Assembly: GCA_040756235.1 (NCBI GenBank)
Contig: JBFLZG010000081.1
Span: 1 to 64,000 of the forward strand
Direction of reading: 5' to 3'
Origin: a bacterium
Lineage (GTDB): Bacteria; Desulfobacterota; DSWW01
Length of the DNA stretch: 64,000 bases
Shown here: positions 30,427-40,026 of the stretch, piece by piece
Numbering within the stretch: the first letter of the stretch is position 1
How the letters are laid out: each line of letters starts with the position of its first letter
Notes under the pieces: model-generated
Told to the model about the DNA's origin: nothing
Databases searched by the model: none
What the model saw: the letters and a program-made list of their open reading frames with translations, nothing else
Translations under genes and position numbers: made by a program

Positions 30427-32514
30427 ATGACCAAGCAGGAATCTTTCGACTTCCTCGTCTCCACCAAGGACAAAAAGGCATCTGACCAGGCCGACCCATC
30501 CGCAGGGGCGGGACCTGCCGAGCCCGTGCCGCCCGCACCGCCCCCGGGGGGCGTCCCGGTCTCCTCCCTCCAGGCGCCGCTCGGCCGGCTCTTCGACAGC
30601 AACTTCCTCCAGTACGCTTCCTACGTCATCCGGGACCGGGCCATCCCGAACCTGGACGACGGGCTCAAGCCGGTGCAGCGGCGCATCCTCTATTCCCTGC
30701 ACGAGAAGGACGACGGCCGTTTCATCAAGGTCGCCAACATCGTGGGCTACTGCATGCAGTACCACCCCCACGGCGACGCCTCCATCGAAGACGCCCTGGT
30801 CACCCTGACCAACCGGGGGTACCTGATCGAGGGCCAGGGCAACTTCGGCAACCTCTTCACCGGAGACCCGGCCGCTGCCGCCCGCTACATCGAATGCCGC
30901 CTGACCGACCTCGCCAGGAAGGAGCTCTTCCACGACGAGCTCACGCGCTTCGTTGCCTCCTACGACGGCAGGAGCAAGGAGCCGGTCACCTTGCCCGCCA
31001 AGATCCCCCTGCTCCTCATGCTCGGCGCCGAAGGGATCGCGGTCGGGCTCTCCACCAGGATCCTGCCCCACAATTTTCCCGAGCTCCTCGAGGCCCAGAT
31101 CGCCATCCTGGAGAAGAAACCGTTCTCCATCCTTCCCGACTTCCCTCAGGGGGGGCTCATGGACGCTTCCGAGTACAACCGCGGCAACGGCCGCGTCCGC
31201 CTGCGCGCCCGGATCGAGCCGAAGGACGCCGAGACGCTCGTCATTCGAGAGATCCCCTACGGCACCACGACCGACTCGCTCATCGCCTCGGTCGAGGAGG
31301 CGGCGCGCAAGGGGAGGATCCGCATCAAGTCGATCAGCGACTTCACCTCGGAGAAGATCGAGATCGAGATCAAGCTCAAGGAGGACGCCGGCGCGGGGAC
31401 GGAAAAGATCCTTCAGTCCCTGTACGCCTTCACCGACTGCGAGGTGTCCCTGGCCTGCCGCCTGACGGTCATCCGCAACCACCGGCCGGCCGAGATGAGC
31501 GCCGACGAGGTGCTGCGGCACAACACCGGCAAGCTCGTGCGGGACCTCGAGAAGGAGCTCAAGCTCGAGCAGGCCAAGCTCCAGGACGAGCTCCACTTCA
31601 GGACCCTGGTCGAGATCTTCGTCGAGAACCGCATTTACTCACGCATCGAGAGCTGCAAGACTCTGCCCGACATCCAGCAGGCGGTCCTCGGCGGCTTCGA
31701 GCCTTTCCGGCCCCAGCTCAAACGGGAGATCACGGCACGGGACGTCGAGAGGCTGCTGGAGATCAAGATCCGCAGAATTTCCCTCTTCGACATGAACCAG
31801 CACCGGCGCGAGATGGAGAAGATCGCGTCGTCCCTGGCAGAGATCGAGAAGAACCTCGCCTCAATCGTGCCGTACACGATCCGCTACCTGAAAGACCTCA
31901 TGCGGCGGCACAAGGCCTCCTACCCGCGCCGCACGCGGGTGACCACCTTCGAGGCCGTGCAGGTGCGCGAGCTCGCGGCCCAGCCGCTGGAAGTCGGCTT
32001 CGACCGTGAGCGGGGCTATCTGGGGCACGCGGTCAAAGCGGAAACGACCCTGGCCTGCACTTCCTTTGACAGGATCCTGCTCGTCTGGGGCGACGGCCGC
32101 TACAAGGTGATCACCCCGCCGGAGAAGCTCTTCGTGGACGGCAACCTGCTCTATTTTGCCCTGGCCGATCGCGACAAGGTCTTCACCCTCGTCTATCGCG
32201 GCCCGGACCAGATCACCTACGTCAAGCGCTTCGCCTTCGGCGGGACCATCCTGAACAAGGAGTATGCCTGCGTCCCTCCCGGGTCTGCCATCCTCCTCTT
32301 CCTGGACCGCACGCCGGAGGAGATCTACGTGAAGTACGAGCCCGCCAAGGGGCAGAAGATCCATCAGCAGGTCTTCCATCCCCCGGAGCTGCCGGTCAAA
32401 GGCGTGAAGGCGCGCGGATCCATGCTGACCCTGAAGAAGGTCGCGAGCATCGGCACGCGCAAGCCCAGGAACTGGGACGAGGTCTCCAAGGGGCCCCGCG
32501 GCGCTGTATTCTAG
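30427..32514 (+). CDS. parC: Type II topoisomerase A subunit (topo IV-like)
   Basis: RAIPNLDDGLKPVQRRIL, YHPHGD, GQGNFG, catalytic AAARYIE. Confidence 0.85.
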   Translation: MTKQESFDFLVSTKDKKASDQADPSAGAGPAEPVPPAPPPGGVPVSSLQAPLGRLFDSNFLQYASYVIRDRAIPNLDDGLKPVQRRILYSLHEKDDGRFIKVANIVGYCMQYHPHGDASIEDALVTLTNRGYLIEGQGNFGNLFTGDPAAAARYIECRLTDLARKELFHDELTRFVASYDGRSKEPVTLPAKIPLLLMLGAEGIAVGLSTRILPHNFPELLEAQIAILEKKPFSILPDFPQGGLMDASEYNRGNGRVRLRARIEPKDAETLVIREIPYGTTTDSLIASVEEAARKGRIRIKSISDFTSEKIEIEIKLKEDAGAGTEKILQSLYAFTDCEVSLACRLTVIRNHRPAEMSADEVLRHNTGKLVRDLEKELKLEQAKLQDELHFRTLVEIFVENRIYSRIESCKTLPDIQQAVLGGFEPFRPQLKREITARDVERLLEIKIRRISLFDMNQHRREMEKIASSLAEIEKNLASIVPYTIRYLKDLMRRHKASYPRRTRVTTFEAVQVRELAAQPLEVGFDRERGYLGHAVKAETTLACTSFDRILLVWGDGRYKVITPPEKLFVDGNLLYFALADRDKVFTLVYRGPDQITYVKRFAFGGTILNKEYACVPPGSAILLFLDRTPEEIYVKYEPAKGQKIHQQVFHPPELPVKGVKARGSMLTLKKVASIGTRKPRNWDEVSKGPRGAVF

Positions 32515-32545
32515 CAGGTTGTCCATAAACGCAGAGAGGCAACCT

Positions 32546-32655
32546 GCAGGGGCGAAAAGTTTTTCGCTCCTGCATCGCATCCAAGAAAGGCGCAGCAAGC
32601 GGCGCCTCTGCAAGAGCCCGATCCAAGCTGAAGGGGCAGGCTTGAAACCTGCCCC
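32546..32655. repeat. Two REP-like palindromes after parC
   Basis: GCAGGGGCGAAAAGTTTTTCGCTCCTGC (32546-32573, similar to 17137-17160) and GGGGCAGGCTTGAAACCTGCCCC (32633-32655). Confidence 0.6.
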
Positions 32656-32693
32656 CGCCCCGGGATGACAGTCATGGCCGATTGGGTCAGATT

Positions 32694-32972
32694 TCAACCA
32701 TGCCTCGCCCCACCCGTGCGTCGGCGGAGGACCGCCTCCAGCTTGCCCTTGTCAGCCAGGGCGCGGGTCTGATCGTACCCGCCGATGAACTCTCCGTTAA
32801 GGATCACCATGGGAAAGGTGCGCCACCCGTACTGCTCTTTCAGTCGAAGCATGTCCGCTTGAGCCTCGATGCGGCGCTCCTCGAAGGCGATCTCGTGATC
32901 TCCCAAGAGCCTCTTCACGGCATCACAGTACGCGCACCCGCCGATCGTGTAGACGACGTTCTTCATTTCCAT
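32694..32972 (-). CDS. Glutaredoxin
   Basis: CAYC active site, TFP, FIGGYD. Confidence 0.9.
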   Translation of the reverse strand: MEMKNVVYTIGGCAYCDAVKRLLGDHEIAFEERRIEAQADMLRLKEQYGWRTFPMVILNGEFIGGYDQTRALADKGKLEAVLRRRTGGARHG

Positions 32973-33109
32973 CGTTGGCTCTCCCGGTGGCCGGGTTCTC
33001 CAGCTCCGGCACCCTGCTTCTAATTTGCCATCCTTGCGGCGGAGGTGGCAAGATGCTCGCTCGAGTCGATCCAGCTGCCAGCTCGACAGCCTCTCAAAGG
33101 AGGAGATGC

Positions 33110-34309
33110 ATGCAAGTGAGCCGTTCTCATCAGGCGCTCGCGGAGAAGTTCATGCTCCAGGGCTTGTGGAGCCACTCGTTCGTGCCGGATTCGCTGCTCG
33201 AGTTCGTGCGCTTCGTCTACACCGAAGAGGAGGCCGAGATGGTCACGGCACTGAGCGCCACGCCGCTGCCGGCATGGGCCGTCGCGCGCAGGCTGAAGAG
33301 ACCCTCCCGCGAGGTGGCGCCCATCCTGGAATCCCTCTCCGCGACCCACCGCATCGGCAGTTTCAAGGTCAAAGGGGCGGAGCTCTACTTCTTCATGATG
33401 CTCGCCCCCGGCGTGTTCGAAGCTGCAATGGCCCAGGGCCGGAACGACGCCTACTCCCGGGAGTTCGCACGGCTGTTCGAACAGGTCTATCAGGAGGTCT
33501 TCACCTGGTTGGCGCCGCGCATACGGGACAAGAAATTTCAGCTGTCGCGCATCGTGCCGATCGAACGGTCGATCGATGCCACGCCCGGGCTCGGCGTGCT
33601 CGCCCTCTCGACCGACCGATTCTCGGAGATGGTCGAACGCAACAAGACCTTCTCCCTGCTCAAATGCAGCTGCCGGCATCACCAGGAGCTGATCGAAAAC
33701 CCGTGCGGCAAGCCCAAGGAGGTCTGCGCGGCGATGGGAGCGCTGGCCGAGCTCTGCATCGACAAGGGGCTGGCCCGGAGGGTGAGCCGGGAGGAGTTCC
33801 TGGAAGCCAAGCAAACGGCCGCAGAGGCGGGTCTGGTCAACCTGGTGGACAACGTCGAAGACCCGATGCAGGTTTGTTCGTGCTGCGGATGCTGCTGCGG
33901 CGTGTTGCGCGTCTGGAGCCGGTTCAACGTTCCCGGTCTGATCGCGCAGAGTCACTTCCAGGCCGTGGTGGACGCGAGCCGCTGCAAAGGCTGCAGGAAA
34001 TGCGCCAAGGCCTGCCCGATGCAGGCCATCCGGGTGAAGGGCAAGAAGGCTTCCGTCGCGGCCGAAAGATGCATCGGCTGCGGGGTCTGCGTGCTCAAGT
34101 GCACGAAGAACAAGGCCGTGAGCCTGCACCAACGGCCTCTCTACACGCCGCCCGCAGAGACCATCGGCCAGTACGTGCTCAACCGCTATTTCGAATACAA
34201 GGGGTACCGCTCTCCCTACCTCCCGAAGCTCAGTCTGGGAGCCGGGCGCCTGTTGAGCAAGATCGTGCCGATCCACCTGACTGGGCCCCAGTACAAAGGC
34301 CAAAAGTAG
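33110..34309 (+). CDS. 4Fe-4S binding protein
   Basis: CSCR, CSCCGCCC, CKGCRKCAKACP and CIGCGVCVLKC; AGGAGG RBS. Confidence 0.85.
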   Translation: MQVSRSHQALAEKFMLQGLWSHSFVPDSLLEFVRFVYTEEEAEMVTALSATPLPAWAVARRLKRPSREVAPILESLSATHRIGSFKVKGAELYFFMMLAPGVFEAAMAQGRNDAYSREFARLFEQVYQEVFTWLAPRIRDKKFQLSRIVPIERSIDATPGLGVLALSTDRFSEMVERNKTFSLLKCSCRHHQELIENPCGKPKEVCAAMGALAELCIDKGLARRVSREEFLEAKQTAAEAGLVNLVDNVEDPMQVCSCCGCCCGVLRVWSRFNVPGLIAQSHFQAVVDASRCKGCRKCAKACPMQAIRVKGKKASVAAERCIGCGVCVLKCTKNKAVSLHQRPLYTPPAETIGQYVLNRYFEYKGYRSPYLPKLSLGAGRLLSKIVPIHLTGPQYKGQK

Positions 34310-34345
34310 CGGGGTCGCCCAGGAGAGGGCTTCAGCTGCCTAACT

Positions 34346-35695
34346 AGAGCCTGTCCCAAATGTAGTTGACCAACGATTTTGAGGTGTTAGTCTCCAAGAA
34401 AAAAGAGCAAAGCGGGGCGGATGCCACTGCTTTGCTCCATTTGGTGTGCTATAAGCTCCAGTGACAGTACTCAACACAAAGCTGGAGGGTGCACACCGAT
34501 GCAGATTGTACCGTACCAGGAGGAACTTCGTCCAGCGCTTCCGACCGTGATCGGGAACGTCGATTACCACGAGTTCCGGGCGACGCTGCTGCGGATCGAG
34601 GAGATCCTGGATCGTAGCGAGGTCGAGAGAGAGTTCATCCGTGAAAGGCAGGACCAGTACAGCAAGCGGGCCGAGGGGCGACGATCGCCGAGTGCCAGGG
34701 AACTGGCACGGGTCGCCGAGCACTCCGTCCGGGCGCTTCGCTGCAATATCGTGCGCCAGCTCCTCGGAGAAGGATACCGGGAGTTCAGCGTGCGGCTGGC
34801 GGACAGCCCTCTGCTGCAACGGTTTTGCGGAATTGACCGGATCGACGTGATTCAGGTGCCCACGAAAAGCACTCTGGACCGGTATGACAAGTGGGTGGAC
34901 GAGGAGACCGTGCGCAAGGTCATGGATATCCTGAGCCGGTCTGCGGCCGCGACAGGCAAGAGGGGGAGGCAGCCCCTGGGGCTGGCACGCCCCCTGGACC
35001 TGGACGCTTACTTTCTGGACACGACCTGTGTGCAGGCCAACATCCATTTCCCGGTGGACTGGGTTCTGCTCCGGGACGCGGCCCGGACGCTCGTCAAGGC
35101 GATCCAGGTGATCCGCAAACACGGGCTGAGGCACCGGATGCCGAAGCCGGCCGACCTGCTCCGCCAGATGAACCGGCTGGCCATCGAGATGACGCAGGCA
35201 GGGCGCAAGAAGGCCGAGAGCAAGAGAGAGCGGAAGCGCGTGCTCAGAAGCATGAAGTCCTTGGCCCAGGTGATTCGCAAACACGCCAGTGGTTACCGAA
35301 AGCTGCTGTCCGATCGCTGGCCTGAGACCGATCTGAAGGAAGGACAGACCCGGCAGATCCGCACACGGATCGACGGCGTCCTCAAGCAGCTTCCGGCGGC
35401 CATCGCCCAGGCGCACCAACGGATCATCGCCGGCCGCCGGGTGGAAAGCGGGCAGAAGATCCTGAGTCTCTACGAGCCCGATATCCACGTCATCGTCCGC
35501 GGCAAGGCGAGCCGTGACGTGGAGTTCGGGAACACGCTTCTTCTGGGCGAACAGCGCGACGGGGTGATCCTGGACTGGAGGCTCATCAGAGAGCAGGCCC
35601 CTGCGGACAGTCATCTCATGGGAAGCAGCGTGGAGCGCTTTTCTCGCCTCTTTGGCCGTGTTCCTGGAGCCGTCGTCGCAGATCGAGGCTTTGAT
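34346..35695 (+). mobile_element. Truncated IS5-like insertion sequence
   Basis: Left end AGAGCCTGTCCCAAATG next to CTAG; transposase breaks off after ADRGF; no right TIR seen. Confidence 0.7.
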
Positions 35696-35764
35696 GACGC
35701 AAGAGCAGGTCGTGTACGCCGCAATCAAGGCGTTCTTGGGCAAAGAACTGGGTGCCGTCTTTGA
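34499..35764 (+). pseudogene. DDE transposase, 3'-truncated
   Basis: FLDTTCVQANIHFPVD, KILSLYEP, RGKA..VEFG, ADRGF; region carrying the final catalytic Glu missing. Confidence 0.75.
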
Positions 35765-35990
35765 CGACCGACGCATATTCAGCCTCCGCTACGTTCACGA
35801 TAGGAGGGAATACTACACGGAAGTGGGCAAGACTCACGCTCTCAATGGAGAGCCTGTCGTTGCGATACTCCATGAGCCGGGTCGAGCTCGGTACCACGTG
35901 TGCACGCCGAGTCGGGGGCTAGTTGGAGACCTGTCGATCCTTGTACGAGAGCACTCCGTCAGGTCATGCAAAGACTTCGAGCAGAAGTGA
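35694..35990 (+). CDS. Small hypothetical protein, probably 5'-truncated at the IS junction
   Basis: Protein-like frame VYAAIKAFLGKELG...EVGK...GEPVVAIL...VCTPSRG starts where transposase similarity ends. Confidence 0.5.
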   Translation: MTQEQVVYAAIKAFLGKELGAVFDDRRIFSLRYVHDRREYYTEVGKTHALNGEPVVAILHEPGRARYHVCTPSRGLVGDLSILVREHSVRSCKDFEQK

Positions 35991-36077
35991 AAGGTGAGGG
36001 CTCCACCCACAGAGCGGCTGGCCTACCCCCCAGAGAGGCGCTTGTTCTCGGCCACACCCCCGGCACCGAGCTTGGCA

Positions 36078-37334
36078 TCACGAAGGCATTCTCCAAGATG
36101 CCTTGATCGTGGTCCCGGATCCCTTGGCTGAATGGATCGTGAAGGTTCCGCCGGAAAGCTCGGCCCGCTCTCTCATGCTGCTCAAACCCATCCCGGTCCT
36201 GCCGCTTGCGTCGCTTTCCGCTGTGAAAGCGAACCCATCGCCATTGTCCTGAATCGACAGCCCGACCTCGGAACCTCTTCTTGTGAGATAGAATACGACG
36301 AGATCCGCTCCGCTGTGCTTGGCAACGTTATTGAGCGCCTCCTGAGAAATCCTGAAGATTACGGTCTTCAACGATTCGGGCACATGTTCCACTTCATCGT
36401 CCATTTCTTTTTCAACCTGGACCCCCGGATAGGTGCTCTCGAACTGCCTGAGAAGACCGCTCAGGGCGGCCCGGATGCCCAGATCGTCTAAGACGGGCGG
36501 CCGCAGGTCTGCCTGGATCCTGCGAGCTTCCTCCACTGACTGCTGGAGCATGGGAATGACGTCCTTGATAAGTGCGGCCATTCTCGACTTGCTTCTTTGA
36601 TGGAGAACGTCTTCCACCCTATACTTCACCGCGCTCAATGCCTGCCCGATGCAGTCATGGATTTCCCATCCGATTCTCTTTCTTTCGTGTTCGTGCGCAT
36701 TCAGAAGACTGGCGAAACGCTGCCGCTGTCGTTTGATTCGATCTCCCGGATAGCTCTCCATGAGCATCCATTCGCCTTGGTTTCGGAGAAGCGCTGAAGC
36801 ATGGGCTCCAATCATATCGACAATCTCGCTTGGCCTGCGCAGATCCGGGCAGAATGTGCAGATGGCGATGACCCTGTATCTCACGATTCCGCGATTGAGC
36901 TCTCTCTCATAAGCGGCAAACTCCTTCCAATCGTCTTGCCCCAACCAAGAACTGTTGCCGCTCACTCTGAGTCCATCAAAACCGTTTTCGAGCGCTTGAT
37001 CCAGTTTCTTGATCCCGCCTCTGAGAACTCGCTTGGAATCGAACCTGCCGTCCTTCAGGTACCAGCGGTCGTGCGGAAGGATCTCGATCTGCCCCTTGGC
37101 CAGATAACCTTCGAAACCGACGACTCGCTCTCTCAATGCTTCATGAGCATCTTCTTCACTAAGGGGATCAGAAGTGATCCACATGCAGAATTCGCGATTC
37201 TGGAGCCCAGCCTTGAAATATGGAACCAGAATCTCCAGGAGATCCTGCTTGCTCCTGTAGAATTGGCAAATGTGCGCTCCCCATCGGGTAGCACCCAAAC
37301 AGTCAATCCCGGTCTGTCTTGGTTCCGTGATCAT
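36078..37334 (-). CDS. MEDS-domain sensor histidine kinase (HisKA_3 + HATPase)
   Basis: WGAHICQFY MEDS start; ERKRIGWEIHDCIGQ; QEALNNVAKHS, DNGDGF, GMGLSSMRER. Confidence 0.9.
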   Translation of the reverse strand: MITEPRQTGIDCLGATRWGAHICQFYRSKQDLLEILVPYFKAGLQNREFCMWITSDPLSEEDAHEALRERVVGFEGYLAKGQIEILPHDRWYLKDGRFDSKRVLRGGIKKLDQALENGFDGLRVSGNSSWLGQDDWKEFAAYERELNRGIVRYRVIAICTFCPDLRRPSEIVDMIGAHASALLRNQGEWMLMESYPGDRIKRQRQRFASLLNAHEHERKRIGWEIHDCIGQALSAVKYRVEDVLHQRSKSRMAALIKDVIPMLQQSVEEARRIQADLRPPVLDDLGIRAALSGLLRQFESTYPGVQVEKEMDDEVEHVPESLKTVIFRISQEALNNVAKHSGADLVVFYLTRRGSEVGLSIQDNGDGFAFTAESDASGRTGMGLSSMRERAELSGGTFTIHSAKGSGTTIKASWRMPS

Positions 37335-38158
37335 TCGGCATGCCCCACTGCCGAGGATGTCACAAGTCCGAGAGCGACCCTCGCTCTTCGAGCAGTCACC
37401 TCTACTACGTTTTTTTCGGAATTCTTTTTAGAAAACTTGCATCGCTCTTGAAGAAGAGGAGCACGACAAGACAAAGTGCTTGATCGGTCTGGGCCAATGT
37501 GTCCTGAGCCCAGCTGCAAGAACGCGTGCAAGTCTAGTTTTTGCCGCCGGCGGGGAAAAGTTTCTGAGGCATCCTCATTCGGTTGGCCAGGAATATTCGG
37601 GCATACCTCAAAATACGGACAAGCATGACATTCGAGCGGGATGATCGCGTCCAGTTCCCCTCCGCCCCTCGACGATGGAGTGAAATCTTACATGTTCTCG
37701 TGATTTTGGCAACCATAAAAAAGAGAGGCTTGGGAAAAGGCAATACATTTCGTGTCTTAGGCTCCCGCACCTGACCTGCGCGCCAGAGGGGTTGGCCTCT
37801 TACGGACGTTCAAGGGTGCAGCTGGGTTAAAATGTTGAGGAAAAGACTGCAACTTGTTTTTTGCCAGTGCGGCATCTTAGAGTATTTTGCGGAAAGGAAA
37901 ACGTAAGAAAAGTACTTTCTCCGCTCCGCCTCCTGGGATGCAGTGAGCGCGTGAAAGACATTCAGGTTTAGGGTCGGCGGAATCTCAATTCGTGACCTCT
38001 TGGGTTCGGGGTTACAATGAAACCAAAGGGAACAAAGTTTCGCCTGAAAAACAGGCCTGCTGCCGACAACCCAGAGGCAGAGCAACCCTTCTTCAGTCGC
38101 CTCCTGAATGAGTTCTTGGCCGTCAGGGTCGAGGCTTCCTTCAGTAGAGAAGGGACGG

Positions 38159-38221
38159 AAGGAGACTCTCGACATGCTTTTTACCCTTCCGCTGGTTATT
38201 CCTCCAACTGTCACCGGCTAT
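38159..38221 (+). pseudogene. Short fragment of a ModB-type ABC permease
   Basis: KETLDMLFTLPLVIPPTVTGY resembles the ModB LPLVLPPTVxGY segment; flanks unrelated. Confidence 0.5.
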
Positions 38222-38390
38222 GAGATCACGCCCCTAACTCCGAGGCCCTTAACAAGTTCTTTGAGGGATGTCGCCACCCCTCCCTCCCGTACCGTGATGA
38301 AAATCTTCCATCTTCCCCTCATTTATCGTGCTCAGGCTCAGAGCAGCATGTTTTCAATATCCGAAAAACTGTGCTAGTGTAATGGCTAAT

Positions 38391-38470
38391 CGCCAAGGGG
38401 CGTCCTCGAATGAGGGCTGAGAGCGTACCCTTTGAACCTGATCCAGGTCATACTGGCGGAGGAATTGGCG
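38391..38470 (+). ncRNA. TPP riboswitch
   Basis: CGCCAA/TTGGCG P1; GGCTGAGA, ACCCTTTGAACCTGATCCAGGTCATACTGGCGGAGGAA; upstream of thiC. Confidence 0.95.
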
Positions 38471-38494
38471 AGTAAAAGAACATTTTCATCTCCG

Positions 38495-38518
38495 GCCGTT
38501 TTTTCTGCGGCTTTTTTT
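38495..38518 (+). terminator. Putative riboswitch-controlled intrinsic terminator
   Basis: GCCGT...GCGGC stem followed by T7, between the aptamer and thiC. Confidence 0.5.
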
Positions 38519-38577
38519 CTTCCTTCACGATCCTTTTACTTCGCTCGTTCCTCCTCCACGCAAGCAAGGAGGAGAGC

Positions 38578-39855
38578 ATGAAGACTCAACTCGATTTCGC
38601 CAAAGCCGGGATCATCACCCGAGACATGGAGCGAGCCGTCGAAGGCGAGCCGCTGAGCGCAGCCCAGCTTCGCGACATCATCGCCACGGGCCGAGCGGTC
38701 CTTCCCAGGAACCGCAACCACGAGTTTTCCACGATCAAGGCCATCGGCAAGGGGCTAAAGACGAAGGTCAATGCGAACCTGGGCACCAGCGGTGAATGCG
38801 CCGACCTAGAGCTGGAACGCCGGAAGTTGCAGGCATGCATCAGAGCCCAGACGGATTCTATCATGGATCTGTCCACCGGCGGCGACCTCACGGCTCTGCG
38901 GACCTTCTACCTCGAAGAATCCGCCACCATGGTAGGCACAGTTCCCATCTACGGCCTGGCTGCCGAGCTGGTACGACGCGGCCAAGGGCTCGAGAAGATG
39001 GATGGGGATGTGCTCCTCAAAGGAATCGAAGAGCAGTGCCGCCAAGGCGTGGACTACATCACGGTCCACTGCGGGGTCACCCGCGCGTCCGTAAAGAAGC
39101 TCGAACATTTCCAGCGTATCATGCCCTGTGTCAGCCGCGGCGGCTCCATCCACATGTACTGGATGCGGAAAAATGACAAGGACAATCCCCTCTATGAGAA
39201 CTTCGATGACCTCCTGAGCATCGCTCAACGATACGATGTGACTTTGAGCCTGGGCGACGGGTTCCGCCCAGGCACCATCGCCGATGCCATTGACGGGCCT
39301 CAGATCGAAGAGCTTATGATCCTGTCGGAACTGGCTCAAAGGGCAAGGGACCGCGGCGTTCAGGTCATGATCGAAGGGCCGGGCCACGTCCCTCTTGAGC
39401 ACATCCAGTCCCACGTGCAGTTCCAGAAAAGGATCTGCCAAGAGGCGCCTTTTTACGTACTGGGTCCACTTCCGACCGACATCGCTCCGGGCTATGACCA
39501 TATTACCGCTGCGATCGGGGCGGCACTTGCCGGCGCCGCTGGCGCAGATTTCATTTGCTACGTGACGCCCGCAGAGCACCTGAGTCTCCCCAACGAAGAT
39601 GATGTCTACCAAGGCGTCATGGCCGCACGGGTGGCGGCCCACGTCGCGGACCTTGCAAAAGGGATCAGCGGAGCCTTGGAACGGGATGTGCGCATTTCCC
39701 GACACCGACAAAACCTCGATTGGGAAGGGGTGATTGCAGAAGCACTGGACCCGCAGTTGGCCCGGTCCAGGCTGCAAGTAGCTCACGATGGGGAGGCTTG
39801 CACCATGTGCGGGAAGCTGTGCGCGGTAAAGACAATTCGCAGTGGACGCCTCTGA
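38578..39855 (+). CDS. thiC: Phosphomethylpyrimidine synthase
   Basis: TKVNANLGTS, MDLSTGG, SRGGS, SLGDGFRPG, EGPGHVP, GYDHI, CTMCGKLC; TPP riboswitch favours thiC over bza paralogs. Confidence 0.92.
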   Translation: MKTQLDFAKAGIITRDMERAVEGEPLSAAQLRDIIATGRAVLPRNRNHEFSTIKAIGKGLKTKVNANLGTSGECADLELERRKLQACIRAQTDSIMDLSTGGDLTALRTFYLEESATMVGTVPIYGLAAELVRRGQGLEKMDGDVLLKGIEEQCRQGVDYITVHCGVTRASVKKLEHFQRIMPCVSRGGSIHMYWMRKNDKDNPLYENFDDLLSIAQRYDVTLSLGDGFRPGTIADAIDGPQIEELMILSELAQRARDRGVQVMIEGPGHVPLEHIQSHVQFQKRICQEAPFYVLGPLPTDIAPGYDHITAAIGAALAGAAGADFICYVTPAEHLSLPNEDDVYQGVMAARVAAHVADLAKGISGALERDVRISRHRQNLDWEGVIAEALDPQLARSRLQVAHDGEACTMCGKLCAVKTIRSGRL

Positions 39856-40026
39856 AGGGAGGTGCTGGGCACCCCAGTTGTGGAGTAGTCGATCCTCTCA
39901 AGGCCAGGAGGGGTTCTCCCACTTTGTGCTCTCACTTCATCCTCGTCCAAGGGAACCGGAACAGCGTCAATCTTGGTCTCGAGGCCGTATCTCAACTCCT
40001 GTCGAGACACCATGTCTCTTGCACTT

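Noticed and set aside
38578..39855. Alternative assignment as a Bza-family ThiC paralog
   Set aside because: Preceded by a TPP riboswitch rather than a cobalamin riboswitch, with no cobamide genes nearby
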